64,000 nucleotides of DNA, taken from assembly GCF_036971445.1 (NCBI RefSeq), contig NC_091478.1, positions 63,984,001 to 64,048,000 on the forward strand, written 5' to 3'. The first letter of the stretch is position 1. Each line of letters opens with the position of its first letter. This document shows, one piece after another, positions 40,831 through 52,594 of this stretch. A program made the translations under genes and the position numbers. This stretch comes from Narcine bancroftii (taxonomy: Eukaryota). Below the pieces are notes generated by a model, which worked only from the letters and a program-made list of their open reading frames with translations, searched no databases and was not told where the DNA came from.

Positions 40831-41174
40831 CTACTTTTAATTGTTTCTATTCACACTGATATCGTAAAAATAATCTTCAAACACCTCTTTCATCTCTGGT
40901 AGCCAGCTTCAAACCTTTCTCCTTCACTCCACCAAATTAACATTTCTTTGAAAGATCCTTGATTGTGTTGTTATTCTCCACTGTTTAATGTGAATATTTC
41001 TTTTCCCTTTAAAAAGTTATTAGACTTGCTTGGTTAAATCCACTATTGTACATTTTGTCCCCTCTCCAACGTTGACACATGATATTTTTCTTGAGCATGA
41101 ACCCTACATTCCAACATTAAAGGTATTGGTAGTGTTTTTGAACTAAAGATGATATCACGTTAAGAATTAAAATC

Positions 41175-43600
41175 ACTAGAGGAGTCACATGCTGGAGTAG
41201 TGGCTGGTCAAGTAGAACCAGCTCTCTCCAGAGAAAAAAGTTTGAAAAAACAGAGCTCATTAAACATAAAATACAGGAAGAGAAAGATAAAGTTACAGAG
41301 AAGAGACAGCAGATGGCACCCAAAAGAGAGAGAGTAAGAATAACAGAGAAAAGGGAAGAAGGAAAATCACTGGAGAAGAAAGAAGGCCTTACCTGCACGT
41401 CGGAGCAGGGAGTCACCATGGAGAGGAGCGGCCAACCTCCAACGTTCGTAAATACCTGGAGGAGCGGTGTCCTCTCGACCGGTGGACTTCAAAAATGGCT
41501 CTCAGAGCCAAGAAAAGGTGCGCAACTGCGCAAGTAAAAGAAAAGGTTAATGCCGGCGGGAGCGGTCTTAGCTGCGGAGCAAACAGCTGAGAGACACCCA
41601 GCATCGAGGCGTTCAGCCAGGGGAAGTAAGCAAGAAAGAAGAGAAGAGTGGTGAGAAAGAGAATGAAGGGCTGGAAGAGGGTGACTGGCAACGGGGCGAT
41701 CGGCAAGGGGTCGACCTGCGGCGGGGGGCCCAGCGACGGGTCGACCTGCGGCGGGGGGCCCAGCAAGGATACAGAAGCAGCTCAGAGAAGGATGAAGATA
41801 CACAGATACAGAGAAGAGATGAAGAAGACACAGACATAGATACAGACACAGAAGAGTAGGAGGAAGAAGTCAAAGAATTTCAAAGGAAAAAAGAAGGTAA
41901 AATAGAAGGTCAAAATTTAGATAAGGCTTTTTTTGAAGAACAAATGAGGTCATTAAAAGAATGGCTATCATTAGAATTTAGTTCAATCAAAAGAAAAATG
42001 AAAAGAGCTGAAGACAGAATGTAAAGCTTAGAGTTAATTATGACTGAAATAGGGAAAAGAGTAGAAAATGTGGAGGAACGAGAAGCAGCTGTAGAAATGG
42101 AGATAAATGATTTAAGAGGGAAGTTGGAAGAGAGTGGAAAAAAATGAGAGACACAAGATTTATTGTCACAAAAAATTGACAATTTGGAAAACTACAGTAG
42201 GCGAAACAACATAAAAATAGTGGGCCTGAAAGAAGGCAAAGAAGGGTCAGATATGAAGGAATTTATAAAAGGATGGATCCCGAAGGTGTTGGGAACGACA
42301 GATTCACATGAAGAAATAGAAATCAAAAGGGCACATAGAGCACTAGTACCGAAACCGCCACCACATCAAAAACCGAGATCCATATTGGTAAAACTTCTAA
42401 GATATAGCACAAGAGAGAACATACTGGAGCAGGCAAGAAAGAAGGTTAGAGAAGACAACAAGCCATTGGAATATAAGGGACAAAAAATATTTTTTTTACC
42501 CAGACATAAGTTTCGAACTTTTAAAGAGGAAGGAATTCAACAAGGCAAAAACAATCTTATGGAAGAAAGGTTATAACTTTATACTAAGACATCCAGCAGT
42601 ACTCAAAGTATTTGTCCCTGGGGAACAGAATAGACTGTTCTCGGACCCAAAGAAAGCCAAGAATTTGCTGAATGTTTGCAGGACAGGAGAAGAGAGGAGG
42701 AGGAGTGACAAGAAGGAAGTCTGGCAAGAAAATATACAAAAATATGTAACAATTTAAAGTAAAGATAATGTATATATAAAGATTTAAAGACGAATAAGAG
42801 AAGGGGAAGAAGGGGGAAAAAGAGAGCTTTGTTATATGTATAGGAAAATAGTGTTCTCTGGAGGAGCCTGGGGGTGGGAGGATAATGGTTGCTGCGAAAT
42901 CGGTTGATACTTGCGAGTAAGTTCGCAAACCGAATGGAAAGGGGAGTTGTGGTAGCCGTCAAGGGACAAGGGGCAATCCAAGGAGGGTGGGTTCATTTGG
43001 GGTTAAAGGTTATTGCTTGTGGGGATTGTTGGGGTATTTCATGTCTTAAGTGCGTTGTCATATATTGAGATTAAAAAGAAAAACTTAAAGAACATTAATG
43101 GGAAAAAAATGGGATGGAGGTGGTGAAGAGGCAGAAAATAAAGATTATAAGATGGCCACGTTGAACTATATGACTATAAACATTAATGGAATACATAACC
43201 AAATTTAAGTGTATCCCATTGGGAAAAAAAATCACATATAATTTAAAAGACAAAGTTACAATGTTTGAAAAAACCTGGGAACCATATATGGAACATAACA
43301 GAAAGAGCAGGCCTTGGACCACCACCACCTAAAATGATAAGAAGATAAACACGATCAGATTTAATGTGAATAAGTAGATGATACGTCTTTTTTGTTTGTA
43401 TTCCTTTTGTATAAAGATGTTGTATTATTGTATTTTATATGTTCAATATTTACTGTTTTTGGAGGGAGGTGGGAAGGGGGGAGAGGGAGGGATGGGGAAA
43501 AAAAGAGAAAATATATTTAAAGAGAAGCATCTGTAAATATTTTGGTTGATATGATTCATAGTGTGATAAATAAAGAATTACAAAAAAAAAACAAAAAAAA
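41175..43600 (+). mobile_element. L1 derivative with ORF1 but almost no ORF2 (HAL1-like)
   Basis: Decayed ORF1 at about 41313-42708 (LENYSRRNNIKIVGL, RAHRAL, PRSILVKLL). ORF2 start MATLNYMTININGIHNQI at 43152 joins directly to the ORF2 C-terminal KCIPL.KITY motif; G-rich 3' UTR, AATAAA and poly(A). Confidence 0.88.
41707..41764 (+). repeat. 30-bp tandem duplication in the L1 ORF1 N-terminal region
   Basis: GGGTCGACCTGCGGCGGGGGGCCCAGC occurs twice. Confidence 0.85.
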
Positions 43601-43799
43601 GTGTTGCAAAATAAGAGAGCATCTCAAAAGAAAAGAATTATAATCACTTCTTATCTCCAAGAATTTTGACATCTCAGTTTCTACTTTCAATTAATTCAAA
43701 ATATTAAATACCACAAAGCCTATTTTGGAGGATTATTCACTTGCTCATCCTCCGACACTTACTAAACTATATTGGTTCCCTCATACCGATATAATTTCG

Positions 43800-44625
43800 T
43801 ATCATAGAACACAAAACACTACAATGCAGTACAGGCCCTTCAGTGCACAACGTTGTACTAACCTATATATTCCTACCAAAAGGAAAAAAACCCCTCCCTA
43901 CCTCATAACCCTCTATTTTTCTTTCATCCATGTGCCTGCCTAGGAGTCTCTTAATGCCACTAATGTTCCAACCACCAACACCACCCCTGGCAAGGCATTC
44001 CAGGCACCCACAACTCTCTGTGTAAAAAAAAAATACCACTTACATCTCCCCTAAACTTTCTTCCCTTCACTTCGTATAGATGTCCTCTGGAGTTTGCACC
44101 CTAGTAAAACATCTCTGCACCCTCTCATAGCTTTCATATCCTTCCTATAATGAGGTGACAAGAATTGAACACAATATTCTAAGTGAGGTCTCATCAGAGA
44201 TTTGTTCAGCTGCAACATGACCTCGCGACTCTTGAACTCAAACCCCTAATGAAGCCCAGCATTCCATCCAGCCTTCTTAACTATCCTATCCACTTGCATG
44301 ACAACCTTGAGAGATGTATGAATTTGGACCCACAGCCCTTCTGTTCTTCCACTGTTAAGTATCCAACCATTTACCCTGTACTCAGCCTTCAGGTTTGACC
44401 TTCCAAAAATGCATCGCCTCACACATCCTGATTGAACTCCATCTGCTACTTTTCTGCCCAACTCTGCATCCTGTCTCTTTTGTAATCTACAACAGCTTTC
44501 TATGCTATCCACAACTCCTCCAACCTTCATATCATCCACAAATTTACTGACATATCTTTCTACTTCTTCATCTCTGTTATTTATAAAAATCACAAAGAGC
44601 AGGGTCCCAGAATAGATCCTTGTGA
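43800..44625 (-). mobile_element. CR1 LINE remnant
   Basis: IFIN...VSKFVDDMKVGGVVDS (ORF 44246-44593) and the CR1 tail (TGTAGTGTTT..TGTTCTATG). Confidence 0.85.
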
Positions 44626-45948
44626 TATCCTCATTTTCAAATTAATCTGTATCTCACCAAAATTCCATTGGATATTGTTATACCTCTTTCTGAATGAATT
44701 CTCTCATTCTGGCTTTTTTTTTGCATCTTTAACTATTTCCACAGCATTCCTCTTGCATATTTGTAGTTAAAATTCAACCAGTACATTTCAAGAAAAGGGT
44801 TCTTCTATCATAACACAATCATTTCTGTTCTAGCCCAAAATATCCCCACCCGGTTCTCTTCCATTCCCACATTTCTAGATTGCTCAATGCTAACATTACC
44901 TCCCTTCACATGATAATGGAATAAAGCTTGAATGCCCTTTCTATATTGTCAATCTACATTTCTTTGTACATTACAATTTCAGTATTTGATATATCATCAA
45001 TAATTTACAAAAAGCTGAGTAGTGAAACAATCAGGCTTTTAATAGCTAAAGTCTGGAACACTCAAACAACTATCCACCTCCTTGACTGATCAGACAAAAA
45101 GGAAAGGGGTAGCCTGCAAGGGGCTATGGGAAGATCGATCTTGGGAAGAGTGTCCAGTAACAGTGGTTTACCACAATATGATAATGGTGAGGTGACTATC
45201 TGATATCACTTAGAACAGAGGGGAATTTCTTTAGCCAGAGGGTGGTCACATGTCATGCAGTATATGCTCCAATTCGACAGAAGTGTTTTACAGTACAGTT
45301 CAATGTCTCCATACAAAACAATCACTGGTTTAACTTGACATTAAATCAACATAAAACTTGAGGATGTAAAAAACAAAGTGTCAAACCATTTGCAGATTTA
45401 ATCTATCACCCAAGAACACTTGAATTAAAAAAAACGACCGCACTCTCAAGATTTCATATGCCTATTCCGAAGAACAGGCATAAGCATTGAGGGGCCCTAC
45501 AAACTACCAAATCTCCATGGACCATCAAAGCACCCATAAACGTACATTCACCTCAATTCATTCTCATTTCCCTCAATGTTAATGCCCTTAAACAACATCA
45601 CTTAAACTATTATTCGACTATTATGGTCAGATTGTGGTTGATAGGGCCTTCCTGCACGCTTGATGACAACATTTCCAAAGTTATTTCATGGTCTTTTTAG
45701 CACTTTAGAGCAACCTGAGTTCATAAAATATGACTGTTACCCTATATATGCGCAGCATTCTTTCCAGTCTTTTGGTAATTTTAGAAATCATCGAGATGTT
45801 CGATATTACTTCACGAAACTAGAAATTTGTTTTCTTGAATAAAAAGAGACGTAACCTGAGCTAAGTGGAACTTCGTTGGTCAAGTGACAGCAGCCCAGTC
45901 TAACATTGAAAACTCCGCGATCTTGACACCTGACGGCTAATTGGCGGG

Positions 45949-46029
45949 TGGACGCCTGCGCAGTCAGTGCCGGATGGACGCATGCGCAGTCAGTGCCGGA
46001 TGGACGCCTGCGCAGTCAGTGCCGGATGG
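45949..46029 (+). repeat. 26-bp tandem repeat (3 copies) in the CCDC113 promoter
   Basis: TGGACGC(C/A)TGCGCAGTCAGTGCCGGA at 45949, 45975 and 46001, with one mismatch among the copies. Confidence 0.95.
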
Positions 46030-46042
46030 TTTCCCGGGCAAC
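46029..46042. promoter_or_regulatory. RFX X-box in the CCDC113 promoter
   Basis: GTTTCC-CG-GGCAAC fits the GTYNCC-N2-RGYAAC palindrome, about 30 bp upstream of the ATG of a ciliary gene. Confidence 0.8.
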
Positions 46043-46071
46043 GGGCGAAAACATCTGCATGCCAAGTGAAT

Positions 46072-46187
46072 ATGGCTGAAGTGGTGGTCGAGGTTGACCC
46101 CACTGTGGTGACTGTAGATCACCACCAGGTCCAGGCAGTTCAGGAGATGACCGACGAAGAACTCCTGACGTTAATCGATGAAATCAG
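46072..46187 (+). CDS. CCDC113: CCDC113/CFAP263 (ciliary coiled-coil protein) exon 1
   Basis: ATG in an A(-3)/G(+4) context; MAEVVVEVDPTVVTVDHHQVQAVQEMTDEELLTLIDEI; phase-2 donor AG|GTAGGT fits exon 2; X-box just upstream. Confidence 0.85.
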
Positions 46188-46280
46188 GTAGGTACGCACC
46201 GGCTTGAACCTGAATATTAAACGATTAATGCTGGTCAATCACACCGAGGCCTGCTGGCGCCTCTCTCTCAATGCAGTTAA

Positions 46281-46450
46281 CACAGAAACGCCGGAGGAAC
46301 TCCGTCGGTCTCGCAGCATTGTAGGTAAAGAGAAATTACCGACGTTTCGCGCCTAAGCCCTTCTTCAAGGTATACCAGCCGAGAGACCTGCTGAGTTCTT
46401 CCAGCTTTTCTGTGTTTTTTTTTTAACTAAATCACTGTGTCGGAAGACTT
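46281..46450. mobile_element. Short inverted Penelope-terminus derivative with a hammerhead-like core
   Basis: CACAGAAA.GC.GGAGGAACTC..CGGTCTC has an inverted partner at about 46383-46414; the minus strand reads ACC-TTGAAGA-A-GGGCTTAGGCGC-GAAACGTC-GGT. Confidence 0.65.
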
Positions 46451-46941
46451 TAGTGTTTCACTTCTCTCAAAACAGGCCCATCTCAGTTACATCGTTAAAT
46501 ACTGTGCTGCAGATGTTTGAAATCTGAAGATGTTGGTAATGCTTGCCAGATCGGGCAGCAAGGCTTTGGGGATTCTACAGCTGTTGCCTGACATCACCCA
46601 CCCAATCCCAATACTGCAAGATACCATCCAAAAATGTACTGGGAAAACTCAGTACTGCATCTAGAGCAGTGGTTTTCAACCTTTTAATTTCCACTCACAG
46701 ACCACTGTGATTAATAAGGGATTACCTAAAGTGGTCTGTGAATGGGGGAAAAAATAGGTTGAAAACCACTGGTCTAGTCTAGATCCAATTATTTTACTTG
46801 AGAAAAATTGTCATTGGCCCATTTACTTTGGAATTATGAAACAGTGCCCATAACAAGTCAATTAGGTACGATTAAAACAGTGGCTTTCAAACTTTTTCTT
46901 TCCACTCACATACCACCTTACTAATCACAGAGCACCTATGG

Positions 46942-49900
46942 CAGGGGTGTCAAACTCAAATTCACAGAGGGCCAAAATTAAAAACTTGGACTAAGTCGTG
47001 GGCCAAACTAAATATTTATTGAAAATTTTCAACAACATCTGCATGTTTTCTCTTCTTTCAACATATGTAATTTTAAACTTTTTCTTATTAAAATAAATGT
47101 TTAATAATAGTTTTGGTTAAACTCTTTCCAGAAGAAGCATTAACAAATGAGAAATAAAATATTCAATAAATAATATTTGTCTATAGCCTTTCTTTTTTTT
47201 CTTTGGCTTGGCTTCGCGGACGAAGATTTATGGAGGGGGTAAAAAGTCCACGTCAGCTGCAGGCTCGTTTGTGGCTGACAAGTCCGATGCGGGACAGGCA
47301 GACACGGTTGCAGCGGTTGCAGGGGAAAATTGGTTGGTTGGGGTTGGGTGTTGGGTTTTTCCTCCTTTGCCTTTTGTCAGTGAGGTGGGCTCTGCGCTCT
47401 TCTTCAAAGGAGGTTGCTGCCCGCCAAACTGTGAGGCGCCAAGATGCACGGTTTGAGGCGTTATCAGCCCACTGGCGGTGGTCAATGTGGCAGGCACCAA
47501 GAGATTTCTTTAGGCAGTCCTTGTACCTTTTCTTTGGTGCACCTCTGTCACGGTGGCCAGTGGAGAGCTCGCCATATAACACGATCTTGGGAAGGCGATG
47601 GTCCTCCATTCCGGAGACGTGACCCATCCAGCGCAGCTGGATCTTCAGCAGCGTGGACTCGATGCTGTCGACCTCTGCCATCTCGAGTACTTCGACGTTA
47701 GGGATGAAAGCGCTCCAATGGATGTTGAGGATGGAGCGGAGACAGCGCTGGTCGAAGCGTTCTAGGAGCCGTAGGTGGTGCCGGTAGAGGACCCATGATT
47801 CGGAGCCGAACAGGAGTGTGGGTATGACAACGGCTCTGTATACGCTTATCTTTGTGAGGTTTTTCAGTTGGTTGTTTTTCCAGACTCTTTTGTGTAGTCT
47901 TCCAAAGGCGCTATTTGCCTTGGCGAGTCTGTTGTCTATCTCATTGTCGATCCTTGCATCTGATGAAATGGTGCAGCCGAGATAGGTAAACTGGTTGACC
48001 GTTTTGAGTTTTGTGTGCCCGATGGAGATGTGGGGGGGCTGGTAGTCATGGTGGGGAGCTGGCTGATGGAGGACCTCAGTTTTCTTCAGGCTGACTTCCA
48101 GGCCAAACATTTTGGCAGTTTCCGCAAAGCAGGACGTCAAGCGCTGAAGAGCTGGCTCTGAATGGGCAACTAAAGCGGCATCGTCTGCAAAGAGTAGTTC
48201 ACGGACAAGTTTCTCTTGTGTCTTGGTGTGAGCTTGCAGGCGCCTCAGATTGAAGAGACTGCCATCCATGCGGTACCGGATGTAAACAGCGTCTTCATTG
48301 TTGGGGTCTTTCATGGCTTTAAGCTCCTTTTAAATGTATTTTTTTTTCACAAGCCAACAAGTCAAAAAAATAACAACTTGCTTCAATGAAAATCCAATCT
48401 TTCAACTATGAACAGTCCAAAGTTAACCAAAGAAAATATTAATCCAAGCTTACACTGTGATTTACTATAATGCACCTGGGTCTAAACCAGATACTTGGCA
48501 TCTCTTCTTAGATGCAAGTTCATCAAACTCTGGGTTCAGACTCTGAGCTGAGGAAATCTTCAGGACTGAATGAAGGTGTAAGACGACTCCTGTGTGGTGT
48601 TTTGTTTATCTTCATCAAAGAGAAGAGTTGTTCGCAGAGATACATGCTGCCGAACATTGACAGCATTTGAGCAGCTTGTGCACGGAGTTGGGGTAATGTG
48701 TCGGGAAGGAACTGTGGGAACTGCGCAGCACCGACAGAGTCATACTTTGACTTGAGTGTGTCATTACACTGGAGCTCAATCAACTCCATTTGGAGGTTGG
48801 TTGGAGCACTTGTCACATCAACTGCAAACAGATTGCTGAGTAGTTCAAATCTGCATTTCTGGGCTTCAAAGTCAGCAAATCATCGGGAAAACTCCGCACG
48901 AAGTACGCTTAGTTTTTCAGCAAACTCTGCACTGGGCAACACGGCAGGTGAGATCTGTTCTTTCATAATCTGGCAGCACAGAAAATGAGCCATGTTTCCC
49001 TGCAGCATCTGAGTCTCCCACAAGCACAACTTGGTTCTAAAAGCCCTCACTGCATTGTACATGTCTGTAATGACGTGCCCTCGTCCCTGCAGCTGCAGGT
49101 TTAGCGCATCGAGATGGCTCACGATGTCACACAGGAATGCCAGCTCACATTGAAACTTTTTATCCATGAGCTCTGTTGTGTCTTTGCTTTTGCTCTCCAT
49201 AAACAGACATATTTCTTCACGCAGCTTAAAGCATCTCTTCAGTACTTTTACTCGGCTAAGCCATCGCACCTCTGTGTGATGGGGCACGTCTCCGTATTCT
49301 GACCCTAACTCCTCCAGAAAGGACTTGAACTTTGGCTCTTATGAAGTTAACTACTCAAGTTACAGTGTTCATAATATGCTCCATTTTCAAGGCTTTGCCA
49401 CACAAGGCTTCCTCGTGGATTATGCAATGGTAAACTGTAAGCTCACCTGCATGATTCTCCTGCATCTTTTCCCGAATCCTGCCCACCAGTCCACTTTTCT
49501 GACCACGCATCGCAGGCGCACAATCTGTTGTTAATCCCACAAGTTTATCCCAAGGCAGCATCATTTCATTGAGACATTTGGACACCTCCTTGAAGATTTC
49601 TTTTCCTGTGGTTGTGCCATGCATGGATTTTAATCCTAAAAGTTCCTCTGTAATGGAAAGTTTCGTGGCCACTCCACAGAAGAATATTGATAGCTGGGCA
49701 GTATCTGATGTGTCGCTGCTCTCGTCTACAGCAAGTGAGTATGCCATAAAATCTTTCCCCTTCTCCTTCAGTTATTCTTCTAGATTAGTAGCAAGCTCAC
49801 AAGCACGCGTAGCCACGGTGTTTCTGCTCAGGCTCACATTTAAAAACGCTTGCTTTTTATCTGGGCAAATGACATCGGAAACTTTGAGCAGGCACTTTTT

Positions 49901-50372
49901 AACAAACTCTCCCTCTGTAAAGGGCCTGGCTGATTTGGCGATCTCTGCGGCCACAATAAAACTAACCTTTACAGCAGGCTCACTTTGGGATTCTGCTTTG
50001 GTGAACATAGTTTGCTGTAAAACCAGACTTCTTTTCATCTCCTCCACCTTCTGGAGCTTTTGCTTCTCGTTCAGAAAGGTCCTGTTTTCTGTCTTTAGTT
50101 TGGCCATTTTTCGTAAGGGGTTTATTACAAGTGAGTTGGGCGACAGGTCACAGATGCTAATGAAAGTAAAGAGAGGAGGTGGGGGCGATTAGCGGGCTGA
50201 CGCCAATGTATTTGCAAAGCATTCTGGGATTTGTAGTATTAGTTATGCATGCGCTATACTGGCGCGGCAGCCAGCGGGCCAGCTCTAATACATATTTGAT
50301 ATGATCTTACGGGCCAAATATAATTATATCACGGGCCAAATTTGGCCCGCGGGCCTAAGTTTGACATGTGTG
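46942..50372 (-). mobile_element. hAT transposon (Buster/Charlie, SPIN/GTF2IRD2-like transposase), broken
   Basis: Imperfect TIRs CAGGGGTGTCAAACT / AGTTTGACATGTGTG; 8-bp TSD ACCTATGG (46934-46941 and 50373-50380). Transposase pieces between 50107 and about 48520: SLAVDES.D..DTAQL, TTDCAPAM, HCIIH.EALC, EVRWLS, FGS.YLCEQLFS. Confidence 0.93.
47192..48318 (-). mobile_element. RTE-clade LINE, 5'-truncated, inserted in the hAT element
   Basis: Uninterrupted 353-codon frame (LFADD, YLG, C-terminal Cys/His motif); nearly identical to the copies at 11415 and 35935. Confidence 0.95.
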
Positions 50373-50444
50373 ACCTATGGCATAGGAATTACTTAAGGTG
50401 GTATGTGAGTGGAAAGAAAAAGTTTGAAAACCACTGATCTAGAG

Positions 50445-51555
50445 GAAGCAAAGCTCAACCAACATTTCAGACCCGAGTACTTCGTCAAGGTATAAGCAAT
50501 AAAAAAAAGGTGGAGGAAGGGGGCAGGGAAGGGGCACAGATTAATTGATGAATACAGGTGGAAGGGTAGAAGAGAAAAAAGATGAGAAGTGATGGGGGAG
50601 TAAGACAAAGGTGCTAATCATAGTCCAGAAGAGGGCCAGTGTCCATCAATGGTGCTGAAATGGAATCAGTCCATAGATACCTACTAATCCATCTGTGCAG
50701 TCCAACCAAAACTGCATTCTTCAATTTCTGTTAAAACACTTCCTCCATCTTTCTCTTTCCTTCTCTTCACGCTCTCCACTCCTTCACTTCTAAGCTGAGA
50801 GGTGATCGGGAGACAGGGTAGCTCTCTGAATGAAGAATGAAGGGGGTGGGAAGCTGGAGGAAAGGAGAGGGAGGGATAGGGAAAGAGAGATGGGGAGGGA
50901 CCTAACAGAAACTGGAGAAGGCAATGTTAATGCCATCTGGTTCGAGAGTGCCCAGATGGTGTTCCTTCAATTTTCAGATAGCCTTGGTTTGTACTGCATG
51001 AGGACATGGACAGACATGTCAATGTGAGAATGGGGTGTGGAATTAAAATGGTCCTCGTTATTGTAGCAGACACAGCTAAGGTGCTCACTACATGATCTCC
51101 CAATCTGTATCCAATGTAGAGAATGTCACAATGAGAGTACTGGATGCAGTAGATGAGCCCTGCAGATTCACCAGTGATGCTCTCCTACCTGATCCACCTA
51201 TGACCCCTTGCTGTTGGTATGTGCTCCTCTCCCTCCCCTACCTTTTTTACAGGCATCTGCCTATTTTGTGTTCACACCTTGATGAAGAGCCTAGGCCTGA
51301 AATGTTGGTTACCCTTTGTTTCCTTTAGATGCTGGCTGACCAGCTGAATTTCTCCAGCACTTTAGATTATGATACAAAATTAGGTGGAAAAATGAAACTT
51401 GGATATATTACGTGCTATTAAATAGGAAATTCTGCAGATGCTATGATCATAGTGCTACACATAAAAGTGCTGGAGAAATTCAGCAGGTCAGGTAGCATCT
51501 AAAGGAAGCAAAGGGTAACCAACATTTCAGGCCTAGGCTCTTCGTCAAGGTGTGA
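50445..51555. mobile_element. Penelope-like element remnants with an inverted terminal pair
   Basis: Continues the terminus that starts near 46630 and is split by the hAT nest; 92-bp inverted repeat at 51272-51363 and 51464-51555. Confidence 0.65.
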
Positions 51556-51569
51556 TAGCCCCATTTCCC

Positions 51570-51990
51570 ATTTACAGGAAGCATGTGGAGGCTTTGGAAA
51601 GGATACAGAAGAGATTTGCCACAATCTTGCCAGGATTAGAGGACATGAGCTATGGGAAAAGGTTGGGGAAACTTGGGTTGTTTTCTCTGGTGGGATACCT
51701 ATGTTTATAAAAAATATGAGAGGTATTGATTGGTAGGTGGTCATTTTTTTCCCCCAGGGTAAAGTTGTGAAATACAGGGGGAAATGTGTTTACAGTAAGG
51801 GAGCAGGGAGTCATTTAAAGGAAATGTGTGGAGCAAATATTTTGCACAGAAACTGCTTGGTGGCTGCATCAGGCAGCTAGGAGCAGTGATGTTGGCAGAT
51901 ATGATAGTAGTTTAAGAGGCTTCTAGATAAATACATGAATATACAGAGAATAGAGAAAGGGCCTATTCCTGTACTGTATTGTTCTATGCT
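51570..51990 (+). mobile_element. CR1 LINE 3' remnant
   Basis: GGAGGCTTTGGA...GAGATTT.CCA...TTGCCAGGATTAGAGG...AGCTAT and the tail GTATTGTTCTATG. Confidence 0.7.
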
Positions 51991-52594
51991 CTATATTTAA
52001 TGATAATTTAATATTTAAAATTGAGCAGCATGGATTTGTGTGCCAAAATGGCCAGTTACTGTGCTGTATGTTTAAATTTAAACATTTTGACAATTTAATG
52101 GATGTTGGCACTGTATTTCAGTTATTAAGATATTAAGATATTCTCCTGACATTAACACTTCTAAAGTTAAATTCTTATTCTGTCAGGGAGCTAAAACAAC
52201 TCATTGATAAATTAATTTCTTTGTATAACTTCAGAACAATGGCAGATCATTTTTGCCCTTGTTAATGCATGTGATTTGCCAATAAAATTAAGATGAAGAG
52301 GTGAGGTACTTTGCAGTGCGCATGTGCCAAAGGGAGTTTTACTGGTTTTGTGTGGTCTTTTATTTAGAAGAGAAATGCCACCTAGTGCTGGGCAGGTTTT
52401 GCAATTAATTTAAAATTCATGGTGTGCAACAAAAAAATGGAAATGACATGTTGAAATGATGTACAATAGGAGGAATATGATTGTGGTCATAAAGAAGGGA
52501 ATAATGCAAAAATAATTACATCAATCCATGTTGCTCAGTATAGGAGCAAATGGTGTTTTTATTTCTGAAATTTCATTTGGCCCAACAAGCTCTT

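Larger units (their letters stand above)
46667..50436. mobile_element. Composite non-autonomous hAT element (two MITE units), host of further insertions
   Basis: Outer TIRs CAGTGGTTTTCAA / TTGAAAACCACTG with a perfect 8-bp TSD ATCTAGAG (46659-46666 and 50437-50444); internal TIR ends at 46771 and 46878. Confidence 0.88.

Noticed and set aside
44985-45175. Possible small solo LTR on the minus strand (TGTGGTAAAC...ATTAAA)
   Set aside because: The other terminus and a TSD could not be fixed.
45949-46029. Short direct repeats as a possible CRISPR-like array
   Set aside because: Head-to-tail units with no spacers in a eukaryotic promoter; an ordinary minisatellite.
45967-46071. ORF-track N-terminal extension MPDGRMRSQC... 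of CCDC113
   Set aside because: It is the translation of the 26-bp promoter repeat and the X-box; the ATG at 46072 has the better context.
48480-50107. Domesticated GTF2IRD2/EPM2AIP1-like gene
   Set aside because: Stops, frameshifts and deletions, with TIRs and TSD still present; a dead transposon.
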